Assembly: GCA_014360495.1 (NCBI GenBank) | Contig: JACIXR010000012.1 | Location: forward strand, 4,877-68,876 | DNA length: 64,000 nt | Source of the DNA: a bacterium | GTDB lineage: Bacteria > Armatimonadota > JACIXR01 | Direction of reading: 5' to 3' | Part shown: piece by piece, positions 34,702 to 44,350 of the stretch | How positions within the stretch are numbered: position 1 is the stretch's first letter | Layout of the letters: each line of letters starts with the position of its first letter | Notes under the pieces: model-generated | Database searches by the model: none | Told to the model about the DNA's origin: nothing | What the model saw: only the letters and a program-made list of their open reading frames with translations | Program-made: the position numbers and the translations under genes

Positions 34702-37010
34702 AAAAGCATATCAATTTGTCATTGATCATCTCTCTTCTTGCCTCACAATTTCTTACCACCCATGCCTTCCCCTCCGCTCTTGAATTGAGGGGGAAGGTCA
34801 CTAATTTCCCCTTCTGGCTCGGCACGACTATGTATAACAATGCCTGGAAGGGATTCGCGCAAAACGAATTCCGCACGGATTGGTGGTGGTTTGATAAAAA
34901 CTATTGGAGCAACCTCTTCTCCGATATGGAAAAGCAACACATAAATGCCCTCCTATTTTGCCATCCCCACCCCTACCCCGCCTTAGTTGACCTCCCTCAA
35001 TATCCCGAAGCCCGCTATTTCCCCTCCGATTTACTCTCCAAATATCGGGAGATGTTCAAATGGATTCTGGGAGAAGCAAAACGACACGGCATAAAGATTT
35101 ATTTCCTCACTTGGAACATCTGCCTTCCACCGCAATTCGCTGAAACCCATTCCCTTCCCGAATTCGGCGCAGATACTCCCTTAACCCGAGCCTATACGAG
35201 AGCCGCCGTAGCGGAGCTTTTTCGCTCCTACCCTGAACTCGGTCTTGTCACGATGGCTGCTGAAACGCCGCCTAATTGCGTTGATTTCGTTGAGGATGCA
35301 ATTGTGGGCGGATTGAAGGACAGTGGTTCCAATCCCGCCCTCATCTTCTGGACTTGGTGTAGCTATCCCTGGGATGCGAAAAGAATCCTTGAAAGCTATC
35401 CGAATACGAAACTCATGCACTACCTCCAGTATGAGCAGTTCTTCCTCCCCAAAGCTGACCCACGTATTGGTAAGTTCAGCCGAGAATGTGGAAATGCTCC
35501 GATGGTCGCTCTTGGCGGTCCGAAATCAGCGCATGGCTATCTCTTTTGGGGAGACCCTGAATGGGCAAGGGAGACAATCAAAAGTTTGAAGGAGCAAAAC
35601 GGAGTGGGACTCTTCATTGAAACCTACATCGCCGAACCTTGGCTCGCGGAGCGGTCCTTTTCCCGCTATGCCTACGATTTGGGCAAGGGATATGAGGAGG
35701 AAGAATGGATAAGGAAGATTGAGGAGCGTTATAATTGTCCGGGAATGGGCAAATCGCTTCTATCGGCTATGAAATCCGCAAGCAGAATAATTCCCACTTT
35801 CCTACTCTTAGTTCACAGCCAGACCGACCACTATATGCCCCAGTTCGGTCTGCCTCTTGTCTTCTATCTGGAGATGCCAACCCTTTCCACATATATATTT
35901 GAGAATGTCCAAACAACCGATGAGAAAGGTTACTTAAAGCCAAATCTCGGGTTATGCTATCCTAATCCAGATTGGGGATTGGAAGTCGTCTCAATTTGGG
36001 ATTATGCCAAGGGCAACATTCCGAAGAAGGCAATCACTCCAAGAAAAACAGCCGACGATATAGAAAGATACGCAAAGAGATGTTTGGATGAGGTTGGGAA
36101 ATTAAGGGGGGAAGCAGTGGGAAAAGATCACTTAAACCAGCTCCTTGATAGGATAGAGCTCAACGCTTATCTTGGTCTCCATTTCGCCCATAAGATACGC
36201 TCGGCGATAGAATGGGCGAAATTCAAGCTTGGGCAGAATTCGTCTGCTTCCTGCCTGTGGCATTTGCGAGAATCCCTCAAAGCTTGGGAAAAGGTTGTGG
36301 AGATAGCAAATAAGCTATATCCGGGCAAGGTCAGATTCTGGCGCTGCGAGATTTCCTCTCCTCCACCCTGGAGGCAAAATCAGATTTGGAACTCCTATGC
36401 CCAGGTTGAAGGACATTGGCGTGAGCATTTAGAGCCGTTTAGACGAGAGCTCAAAATTGTAGAAGAGGAGATTAAGAAAGGAAGAGAGAAGGCAAGGCTT
36501 CCACTTTGGGAGGAGCTGTTGGCGGAGCCCAAGGAGAAGCTGGAGTTGATTTTCTCGGAGGATTTTGAGGAAAGGAACGATAAATGGATTTGGGGTGAGG
36601 GAGCCTCAATCAGCGAAAAGGAGGTTATCAATGGAAAGGGCTCAGCCCTTTTTGATTCCCGAAACTTGAAAGGTGAATGGCACTTGGCATTGCAAATGCG
36701 TCCAGGAGTGGTGAAATTGGAGCGGGGAAATAAATATCAACTTGAGTTTGATTACCGTATTATTGAGGAAGGCTTGGATTATCCCGATAATCCCTTCGCA
36801 GTAGCGGGACGCTCTCCAACAGGAGGATGGGAAAAGGACATCGGGACGGGAAGGTTCTGGAGCGGGAGAAAAGGAGCGGAGGGGCATCGCGTCGTCATTC
36901 TTGAGCCGAAGGAATTTGATGATTACACAGTATTTTTCAGCCTTCACGGAAGAGGTGCGATATTGATAGATAATTTAAAAATCTATCGGGTTATCCCTGA
37001 TAAGCAATAG
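34698..37010 (+). CDS. Secreted hypothetical protein with C-terminal carbohydrate-binding-module-like domain (770 aa)
   Basis: Signal peptide. ATGA overlap with the GH38-like gene. The C-terminal ~150 aa resemble CBM4/9-type beta-sandwich patterns. The catalytic family is unknown. Confidence 0.35.
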   Translation: MKKHINLSLIISLLASQFLTTHAFPSALELRGKVTNFPFWLGTTMYNNAWKGFAQNEFRTDWWWFDKNYWSNLFSDMEKQHINALLFCHPHPYPALVDLPQYPEARYFPSDLLSKYREMFKWILGEAKRHGIKIYFLTWNICLPPQFAETHSLPEFGADTPLTRAYTRAAVAELFRSYPELGLVTMAAETPPNCVDFVEDAIVGGLKDSGSNPALIFWTWCSYPWDAKRILESYPNTKLMHYLQYEQFFLPKADPRIGKFSRECGNAPMVALGGPKSAHGYLFWGDPEWARETIKSLKEQNGVGLFIETYIAEPWLAERSFSRYAYDLGKGYEEEEWIRKIEERYNCPGMGKSLLSAMKSASRIIPTFLLLVHSQTDHYMPQFGLPLVFYLEMPTLSTYIFENVQTTDEKGYLKPNLGLCYPNPDWGLEVVSIWDYAKGNIPKKAITPRKTADDIERYAKRCLDEVGKLRGEAVGKDHLNQLLDRIELNAYLGLHFAHKIRSAIEWAKFKLGQNSSASCLWHLRESLKAWEKVVEIANKLYPGKVRFWRCEISSPPPWRQNQIWNSYAQVEGHWREHLEPFRRELKIVEEEIKKGREKARLPLWEELLAEPKEKLELIFSEDFEERNDKWIWGEGASISEKEVINGKGSALFDSRNLKGEWHLALQMRPGVVKLERGNKYQLEFDYRIIEEGLDYPDNPFAVAGRSPTGGWEKDIGTGRFWSGRKGAEGHRVVILEPKEFDDYTVFFSLHGRGAILIDNLKIYRVIPDKQ

Positions 37011-37109
37011 AAAGCTTTTGGGTAAATCTCAACGAAATTGTAAAGCTATGTAACTTTTCCCTATTAAAAATATTCTATTATAATTGAAAATTGAAAGGAG
37101 GTGAGTTTC

Positions 37110-38057
37110 ATGGTTAGGAAATTGATGCCTTTCCTTGTCCTTTTCTCTCTCGTGGCTTTTTCCTTCCCTACCGATATTCCCTATACAATAGAAGGACTGC
37201 TCAACAAATTGGACCAGTCCATAGATAAAGTGAAGAATCCGAATTTCTCAAAAACTTATACTCCTCCGTCCCTCGTCCCTTACGCAACAAGCAAAGTAGA
37301 TGGGCACTTCGTATACTTCCACATGAATATCTACCGCCCATGCCCCTATCCTCGCCCCCGCTTGGGATACCGCTCCGTGGTCATATATACCCCTGTTCCT
37401 TTTTATTACCCACCCATTGCCTATCCACCAACCGTTGTGTATCAGCCCGCTCCCGACTACCTTGACCTTTTCCTCCTAAAGGAACTCCTGAATGCGAAAG
37501 ACGAGGTTAAGGAAACGAAAAAAGAAGTGGAGAAGCTGAAGGAAAAGGTGGAAAAACTTGAGGGGAAGGTCATCTGCCCAACCTGCAAGAGAGAGATGGA
37601 ACCAAATTGGACATTCTGCCCCTACGATGGCACACCTCTGAAGAAGGAAGCGGAGAAAAGGAGGGCGAGTCTATACGCCGAGGTTCTGAAGAGAATTTAT
37701 AAAGAGGCGAAAGCGGGAAACAAGTTCATTGCCGTTGACCTAACGAGCTTGGATGGGCTGAGCGATGAAGGAAAGCAGGCGGTATTGAACCAGCTGAAAA
37801 AGGAAACCCAGTGTCCAAACGTCTTCAGCTTCGCAGAGGTTAAAGACGATGGGGAGAAGTTCCTCATTGATGAAAAGGGAAGGATAGTGGGAACGAAGAA
37901 CGGAGCTCTCCTCTTTCTGGTGGTGCAGGAATACAAAGAAGATAGGGCTAAATTAAAGGCGGTTTGCTGGCTTTCCCCAAACGAAATCTTCTTCGCTTCT
38001 TACGAAGCAAAGTTCTTTGATGGGTCCTGGCACCTAACGGAGTTGAGGGAAACCTAA
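37110..38057 (+). CDS. Hypothetical secreted/anchored protein with Pro/Tyr-rich segment, coiled coil and zinc ribbon
   Basis: ATG 37110 lies 9 nt after GGAGG. Hydrophobic N-terminus, PVPFYYPPIAYPPTVVYQP, a K/E coiled coil, and CPTCKREMEPNWTFCPYDG. Confidence 0.5.
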   Translation: MVRKLMPFLVLFSLVAFSFPTDIPYTIEGLLNKLDQSIDKVKNPNFSKTYTPPSLVPYATSKVDGHFVYFHMNIYRPCPYPRPRLGYRSVVIYTPVPFYYPPIAYPPTVVYQPAPDYLDLFLLKELLNAKDEVKETKKEVEKLKEKVEKLEGKVICPTCKREMEPNWTFCPYDGTPLKKEAEKRRASLYAEVLKRIYKEAKAGNKFIAVDLTSLDGLSDEGKQAVLNQLKKETQCPNVFSFAEVKDDGEKFLIDEKGRIVGTKNGALLFLVVQEYKEDRAKLKAVCWLSPNEIFFASYEAKFFDGSWHLTELRET

Positions 38058-39137
38058 GAGTTTCTTGATTGCTTCAAAAAAGCGTAGATGAAATCATCAA
38101 GGTCTCCATCAAGGACCTCCTGAACATCCCTTCTCTCAACCCCTGTGCGATGGTCCTTGATGAGCGTGTAGGGATAAAGGACATAGGAGCGAATCTGGCT
38201 CCCCCAGGCTATCTCCTGCTTCTCGCCCCTTATCTCTTTTATTGCCTCCTCCCTCTTCTTTCTCTCCAGCTCCGCCAACCTCGCCCTCAATATCTTCAGA
38301 GCGGAGAGCTTGTTTTGATATTGCGACCGTTCGCTCTGACAGGAAACAACTATTCCAGTTGGGATGTGGCGAATGCGCACAGCTGTTTCGTTTTTCTGCA
38401 TATGCTGACCGCCGGGCGCGGAAGCCCTGAATGTCTCAATCTCCAAATCCTCCTCGTTTATCACTATCTCGCTTTCCGGCATCTCGGGAATCACATCCAC
38501 AAGGGCAAATGTCGTATGGCGCCTCCTATTCGCATCAAAAGGGGAAATCCTCACGAGCCTGTGAACCCCTCTTTCCGCCTTTAAATAACCATAGGCATAA
38601 GGTCCCACAACTGAGATTGTCACTGTCCTGCTCCCCACAACCTCCCCAGGTGTCCTGTCAAGCATTTCCCACTTGTATCCTTTCTTATCCGCCCACATAG
38701 TATACATCCTCAGGAGAATCTCAACCCAATCACAAGCCTCCGTTCCTCCCGCACCCGCCTTCAATGTCAAAATCGCGTTCCTTTCATCCAATGGGTCAGT
38801 GAATAATGTGGAAAGCTCCAACTCCTCAACCTTTCGTTTCAAGCCCTCCACCTCACCAACGAGCTCTCCCTCAAGAGATGGGTCTTCCTCCGCTAAGGAG
38901 ACAAGCTCCAATAACTCCTCACACTCCCTCTTCACCCCCTCTATCCTCTCCACTTCCTCTTCCAGACGGGAAAGCAAAGCTACCTTCTCTTTCGCTTCAG
39001 GCTTCTGCCAAAAAGATGGGTCGCTTATCTCCCCCTTTAGCTCCTCTATCCTCCTCTTCTTCCCCTCCAGGTCAAAGGGAATCACCCAATTCTTTTACCT
39101 TCTCAATTAAAGCTTCAACATCCTCTCTCAAAGCCAT
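38054..39137 (-). CDS. prfB: Peptide chain release factor 2, requires programmed +1 frameshift
   Basis: SPF and GGQ motifs are present. Frame 0 is ATG 39137...CTT TGA (21 codons). The +1 frame continues GAC CTG GAG... into the 343-aa ORF 38054..39085. Confidence 0.93.
39071..39080 (-). other. prfB +1 frameshift site CTT TGA C
   Basis: Minus strand GGTGAT-TCC-CTT-TGA-C. The SD-like GGTGAT sits 3 nt upstream of CTT, the same spacing as the E. coli prfB site. Confidence 0.9.
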
Positions 39138-39138
39138 C

Positions 39139-42093
39139 TTAAGCCCTTTGCCTCTCCTTCATCATATCTTTTAGCATGCAACACTTCTTGTATTTCTTAC
39201 CGCTTCCGCAGGGACAGGGGTCATTCCTCCCCACTTTCTTCTTCACCCGCTGGGAACTTTGCCTCGCTACCTCTGGCGAACTCCTCACGGGAACCGCTCT
39301 CCTTTGGGGTTCCCCACTTATCTGCACCCAGAAGAGATACTTAACCGTCCCCTCTTCTATCCTATGCATCAATTCCTGAAACATGGCGAAAGCCTCCGTC
39401 TTGTAAGCAACCAATGGGTCGGTCTGGGCGTAGGCACGAAGCCCTATTCCTTCCTTTAAATATTCCATAGCGTTCAGATGTTCCATCCACTGCGAGTCTA
39501 TAACCCGGAGCATTATGAGGCGCTCCACTTCTCTCATCGTTTCCCCACCCACATGAGATTCCTTCTCCTCGTAAGCCTTCAGCATTGCTTCGTAAAGGAG
39601 AGATTTAAGCTCTTCTTTCCTCTTGCCCTTGAGGTCTTTCTCCTCAAGGTATAGCGGGAGGGGAAAGATGTAGGAGAGCGATTCATATAATCCCTTTATA
39701 TCCCAATCCTCCTCGTTTACTCCCTTGGGACAATGCGATTCTACATATCTATCAACGACATTTTTCATAAACTCGGTGATATTGGAGCGCATATCCACCC
39801 CTTCCAAAATCTTCCGCCTCTCCCTGTAAATCACCTCTCTCTGTATGTTCATCACATCATCGTATTCAAGGAGCTGTTTCCTTATGCTGAAGTGCCAGCC
39901 CTCCACCCTCTTCTGCGCCCTCTCAAGTGCCTTCGTTAACAAGGGGGATTCAATCGGCTCATCATCGGGCCAACCCGAAAGGAGAAAGCCTCCCTTTTCT
40001 CCGAAGAGACGCCAGAGTTCATCCTCAAGGGAAACATAAAAGCGAGAAGAACCTGGGTCCCCCTGCCTACCAGACCTACCCCTAAGCTGGTTATCTATTC
40101 TACGAGATTCGTGCCTTTCAGTTCCAATGATATGAAGACCGCCAGCTGCCAGAACGAGCTCCCTTTCCCTCTCGCAAATCTCCCTCGCCTTTCTCAGCGC
40201 TTCTTCGTATTCCTCAGGGGAGGCAGTGGCGGGATTTATCCCCTTCTCCTGTAGGAATAAATGGGCGAGTCCCTCAGGATTACCTCCCAGGAGGATGTCC
40301 ACTCCTCTACCTGCCATATTCGTCGCTATCGTTACCATCCCATATCTTCCCGCTTGGGCGATAATCGCCGCCTCTTTCTCGTGATACTTCGCGTTGAGAA
40401 CCTGATGGGCTATCCCGTTCTTAAGAATATCCCTCAACTTCTCTATGTTCTCCTTGTTTTCTATTTCTATCAACTCAGCAAACCTACGGAGGTTCTCCTC
40501 AGACAATGGGTCGGGGTTCACCTGGAGCTGTTTAGCAATAGATTGCAACTTGGCAAGAGATAGCTGTTCCAAAGGAGTGAGGAGAGTTTTCCAAAATTCA
40601 TCCAATTTGGGGTCGTTCTTATCCTTGCCCCTTCTCAATTTCACTTCGTTAAGAAGTATTTTTGCGAGGGCAAGCATCTGCAAGCTTATGGGGGAAAGAC
40701 GTGCGGAGAGCTTCTCCGATACCTCAATGGAGCGAGTTCCCACGAGGAGAGGTTGCCCCTTATGATGCCTCTGCACTATCTCCTCCACTATCCCCCTATA
40801 CTTGGCTTCCTGCGTCTTGTAGACCCTATCAGGAAGGTCCTGCCTTATCATAGGCTTATGAGTGGGAATAACGACGACATCCAAGCCGTAAATCTTCCTG
40901 AACTCCGCCTCCTCTGTCTTCGCTGTTCCCGTCATTCCCGCCAGCTTCTTATAGAGGCGAAAGAGGTTCTGGAATGAAGTTACAGCTATTGTCTGGCTCT
41001 CCTGCTGAACCCTCACCCTCTCCTTAGCTTCTATCGCCTGATGCAAACCATCGGAGTATCTTCGCCCGAACATCAAACGTCCCGTGAACTCATCTACTAT
41101 TACAACCTCTCCATCCTTTACTACATAATCAACATCCCTTTTATAACAGAAACGCGCCCTCAAAGCGGCGTTTACCGCCCTCATTATCTCCACATTCTCA
41201 ATATCGCTCAAATTGGAAATCCCCAACGCCGCCTCTACTCTTTTTACCCCTTCCTCTGTCAACATAGCGTTTTTAGCCTTCTCATCTATTGTGAAATCCC
41301 TACCCTCCCTCAGTCCTGCAACTGCCCTATCTACTCTATAATAAAGGGTGGTATCTTCCTCAATCGGTCCTGCTATGATGTGGGGAGTTCTTGCCTCATC
41401 TATGAGGATGCAATCCACCTCGTCAATTATGGCATAATTCAATTCCCTCCAGAGGAGAACGATTTCATCAATGGAAGTCACGAGATTATCTCGCAGATAA
41501 TCAAAGCCGAGCTCGGAGTTAGTGGCATAAGTTATATCACAGGCATAGGCTTCCCTCTTTGAAGCGGGACGAAGGTTTTTCAGCCTCTCCTCTTCTTGGG
41601 GATAGGTGGGGTCGAAGACGAAGGCAGCTTCGTGCTGAATGCATCCAACGGACAGCCCGAGGAAATGATAAATTGGACCCATCCACTGGGTGTCACGCTT
41701 AGCGAGGTAGTCGTTAACGGTAACGATGTGGACGCCTTTCCCTTCAAGGGCGTTGAGGTATGCGGGGAGGGTGGCGACGAGCGTTTTACCCTCGCCCGTC
41801 TTCATCTCGGCGATTCTTCCCTGATGCAGGACTATAGCTCCCATAAGCTGAACATCAAAGGGACGCAGTCCAATGGTCCTCTTCGCCGCTTCGCGCACGA
41901 CGGCGTATGCCTCTGGAAGGATATCATCAAGCGTTTCCCCCTTCGCTAACCTCTCCCTGAACTCATCAGTTTTAGCCCTTAATTGAGCATCAGATAGAGA
42001 TGCGACCTTTGGCTCAAGGGAATTAATCTTCTCCACCAAAGGTCTTAACTTACGAATCTCTCTTTCGTTTGAATCAAATAAAAACTTCAGCAT
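39139..42093 (-). CDS. secA: Preprotein translocase ATPase SecA
   Basis: Full-length SecA motifs ([54 protein letters not shown]) and the C-terminal zinc site [13 protein letters not shown]. Confidence 0.97.
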   Translation of the reverse strand: MLKFLFDSNEREIRKLRPLVEKINSLEPKVASLSDAQLRAKTDEFRERLAKGETLDDILPEAYAVVREAAKRTIGLRPFDVQLMGAIVLHQGRIAEMKTGEGKTLVATLPAYLNALEGKGVHIVTVNDYLAKRDTQWMGPIYHFLGLSVGCIQHEAAFVFDPTYPQEEERLKNLRPASKREAYACDITYATNSELGFDYLRDNLVTSIDEIVLLWRELNYAIIDEVDCILIDEARTPHIIAGPIEEDTTLYYRVDRAVAGLREGRDFTIDEKAKNAMLTEEGVKRVEAALGISNLSDIENVEIMRAVNAALRARFCYKRDVDYVVKDGEVVIVDEFTGRLMFGRRYSDGLHQAIEAKERVRVQQESQTIAVTSFQNLFRLYKKLAGMTGTAKTEEAEFRKIYGLDVVVIPTHKPMIRQDLPDRVYKTQEAKYRGIVEEIVQRHHKGQPLLVGTRSIEVSEKLSARLSPISLQMLALAKILLNEVKLRRGKDKNDPKLDEFWKTLLTPLEQLSLAKLQSIAKQLQVNPDPLSEENLRRFAELIEIENKENIEKLRDILKNGIAHQVLNAKYHEKEAAIIAQAGRYGMVTIATNMAGRGVDILLGGNPEGLAHLFLQEKGINPATASPEEYEEALRKAREICERERELVLAAGGLHIIGTERHESRRIDNQLRGRSGRQGDPGSSRFYVSLEDELWRLFGEKGGFLLSGWPDDEPIESPLLTKALERAQKRVEGWHFSIRKQLLEYDDVMNIQREVIYRERRKILEGVDMRSNITEFMKNVVDRYVESHCPKGVNEEDWDIKGLYESLSYIFPLPLYLEEKDLKGKRKEELKSLLYEAMLKAYEEKESHVGGETMREVERLIMLRVIDSQWMEHLNAMEYLKEGIGLRAYAQTDPLVAYKTEAFAMFQELMHRIEEGTVKYLFWVQISGEPQRRAVPVRSSPEVARQSSQRVKKKVGRNDPCPCGSGKKYKKCCMLKDMMKERQRA

Positions 42094-42102
42094 TCTAAGA
42101 AA

Positions 42103-42131
42103 ATTCTAACGCAAGATGACGGAATTGTCAA
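42103..42131 (-). promoter_or_regulatory. Consensus-like promoter abutting the secA start codon
   Basis: Minus strand: TTGACA (42131-42126), 17 nt, TAGAAT (42108-42103). Only 9 nt, with no SD, lie before ATG 42093. Confidence 0.55.
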
Positions 42132-42693
42132 TAATAAAGAGCCCTCCCGAACCTCTGAGAAAAACCGCTATCTCCCGGTCCTTATTATATGGATGGTATG
42201 ATAATGAATACGCCCAATGCTGATAAAAAATAAAGCAAGATTAAAAAAGGAATTCTCTCCGTTGAAGGGATTTGGGATAAGCATTACCACGTCCCCTCTC
42301 GCTCCAACATAACCTTTACTACCAACCTCTATCCTCTTTTTCCGATTTTTATCAGCAGGTAGTTGCTTAGAGCGTGTAAAACCATGTTATCTTTATCGGA
42401 ATTCGTTACCCCCTCTTCGTCTGCCTTCCGAGCGCGATAAGGTGTAAATAATGTCGCTCATTGAATAATTTTTTCAAAACCCTTACCGCTACATTTTTGA
42501 GATAGCAATCCTTATTTTTATCAAGTTCCTCCTATATATCCCCTGTCCAGGCGCTAATTTTGGGGATTTGTTTATCACTCCTGAAAAATTTTTTCTATAA
42601 TTCTTTACCAGCGTCGCTCTCCTTGTAATTAGACCATTCCACCGCCTCTACGGGTTTATCCACATACCAATCCGCAATTACCCTTTATGACTT

Positions 42694-43377
42694 CTATTTG
42701 TAAATTTCAAGATATTCGCAAAACCATCTCGTTATTGAGATTGGATTCGTTATGGCGTTACCCACTACGACAGCATAAGCCCCCTCTCTTATTGCCCTCC
42801 TCACCTGCCAAGGATATTTGAATCGCCCCTCCCCTATTATCGGCAAATCAACCTCCCTCGCCAATTCCCTTATCAGTTTAATATCCGGTCCCTTCCTCCT
42901 CGGAGAATATGGCGTATAGCCAGAAAGGGTCGTCGCTATCAAATCGGCGCCATCCTCAACCGCGCTCAACCCTTCCTCCCTCGTTGATATATCAGCCATC
43001 ACTTTCAATCCCAGCTCCTCGTGTATCATCTTCGCCAAATCCCTAAAGGGAACGGGACGCTCCCTGAGGGTAGCATCACAGGCGATTATATCCGCTCCCG
43101 CCTCCGCCACAGCCCGAGCAGATTCAAATGTGGGAGTTATATAAACTGGATAGCCCTCCACTTGAATCTTGTATATCCCTATTATCACTAAATCAACCGC
43201 CTCCCTAATCGCTTTTATATCCTCCGGTCCATTTGCCCTTATCCCAATCGCTCCACCCATTTTAGCCGCCTTCGCCATAGCGCTCATATATTGCGGTCCA
43301 TAAAGGGGACTATTCTTATCAGCTTGACAGGAAACAATCAATCCCCCCTTCAATCTTAATATCTTATCATCCGCCAA
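42694..43377 (-). CDS. nanE: N-acylmannosamine-6-phosphate 2-epimerase
   Basis: LKGGLIVSCQA...GAIGIRANG...pattern typical of NanE. TTG start 43377 lies 6 nt after AGGAGGG; the track's ATG 43419 would overlap the upstream gene by 53 nt. Confidence 0.8.
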   Translation of the reverse strand: MADDKILRLKGGLIVSCQADKNSPLYGPQYMSAMAKAAKMGGAIGIRANGPEDIKAIREAVDLVIIGIYKIQVEGYPVYITPTFESARAVAEAGADIIACDATLRERPVPFRDLAKMIHEELGLKVMADISTREEGLSAVEDGADLIATTLSGYTPYSPRRKGPDIKLIRELAREVDLPIIGEGRFKYPWQVRRAIREGAYAVVVGNAITNPISITRWFCEYLEIYK

Positions 43378-44350
43378 ATTTTTCCCTCCTTTCCTTAAGG
43401 GAATTTTTGATTCTCTCAACCACTTCCGGCGTTATCTCCCTTCCGCTCTTTTTGAGAGCCAAGAGGAAAGCAGTTCCCTCCGGAGGAAGAACGGGGAAAA
43501 CGAGCCTCGCTTTGGGCGCATCTCTCAACAATCTCTCCCTCAAAGGCTCTATTATCACCTCACCAGCGGAGAAAACTCCCCCAAACAATCCTACTGTGAC
43601 CTCTTTATTTTCCATAGAGAGCTTTCGCAAAACAGCTATACAGGCTTCCGCCAATTCCTCCCCCGCCCTTTTGCATATCTCTAAAGCGATTTCATCCCCT
43701 TCCTTAGCCGATTTCAAAACAGCCTCCGCCGCTCCCGCTATCTCGGGACGGGAGATTTTCCCCGAATAAATCAATCTATGAAGCGCTTGAAGGTCAGGGA
43801 TGTTGAAATGTAAGAGGAGATTAGAAAGGATGGAGGTTTGTTTTCCCCTTCCATCAACAGCTTTAGTTGCCCTGTTTATCCCTTCCTTAGCTATCCAGAA
43901 GGCGCTTCCCTCATCGCCCATGAAATATCCCCAACCGCCCGCTGAAGCTATTTGCCCATTTTTATTAATCCCAAAAGCGACAGAACCACCGCCGGCGATT
44001 ATCACAACTCCTTCATTACCGAGAGTGCAGGAGGCAAGGGCGAGGAGAGCATCCCCTTCAAGGAAAATTTGTTCGGCTTTTATGACTCTCTTCGCTATCT
44101 TGAGCATCTCGTCGCAAGCTCCCGAGATGCCAAGATAAGCGGATTGGAAAACAGCTTCCTTCAATCCTCCATCCTTAATTGCCTCACTTATTGAAACAAG
44201 CAGAGCCTCTTTGAACCTCTTCTTCCCGCCCTTTTCCCTGATGTGATTTGAAGGTCCACCCTTGCCCCAGCCTAAAACCTCCCCATCCTCATTCCCTATG
44301 ACCGCAACGGTCTTGGTCTGCCCTCCGTCTATTCCAAGATAGAGCCTCAT
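43367..44350 (-). CDS. BadF/BadG/BcrA/BcrD-type ATPase (N-acetylglucosamine kinase-like sugar kinase)
   Basis: MRLYLGIDGGQTKT phosphate-1 motif and an ASKHA-fold pattern. Confidence 0.75.
   Translation of the reverse strand: MRLYLGIDGGQTKTVAVIGNEDGEVLGWGKGGPSNHIREKGGKKRFKEALLVSISEAIKDGGLKEAVFQSAYLGISGACDEMLKIAKRVIKAEQIFLEGDALLALASCTLGNEGVVIIAGGGSVAFGINKNGQIASAGGWGYFMGDEGSAFWIAKEGINRATKAVDGRGKQTSILSNLLLHFNIPDLQALHRLIYSGKISRPEIAGAAEAVLKSAKEGDEIALEICKRAGEELAEACIAVLRKLSMENKEVTVGLFGGVFSAGEVIIEPLRERLLRDAPKARLVFPVLPPEGTAFLLALKKSGREITPEVVERIKNSLKERREKFGG

Noticed and set aside
39038-39085. ORF-track start of the RF2 ORF (MIPFDLEG...) and TTG/ATG track starts at 28792, 25806, 43419, 49406, 50967, 51752, 56479, 59944 and 60928
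   Set aside because: These are upstream in-frame extensions that overlap the preceding gene or lack an SD. Internal starts with GGAGG-type SDs, signal peptides or conserved N-termini were preferred.
38069-41949. Many 60-170-aa plus-strand ORFs opposite prfB and secA, and similar shadow ORFs across the window (e.g. 671-1159, 1258-1923, 9107-9613, 20189-20647, 46216-46680)
   Set aside because: They are all antisense to, or out of frame with, well-supported genes. They lack SDs and recognisable motifs.
42240-42400. A minus-strand open stretch beginning ...ARGDVVMLIPNPFNGE looked briefly like a PemK/MazF toxin N-terminus
   Set aside because: The downstream conserved PemK elements are absent. 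There is no start codon and no partner antitoxin. The similarity is too short to claim.
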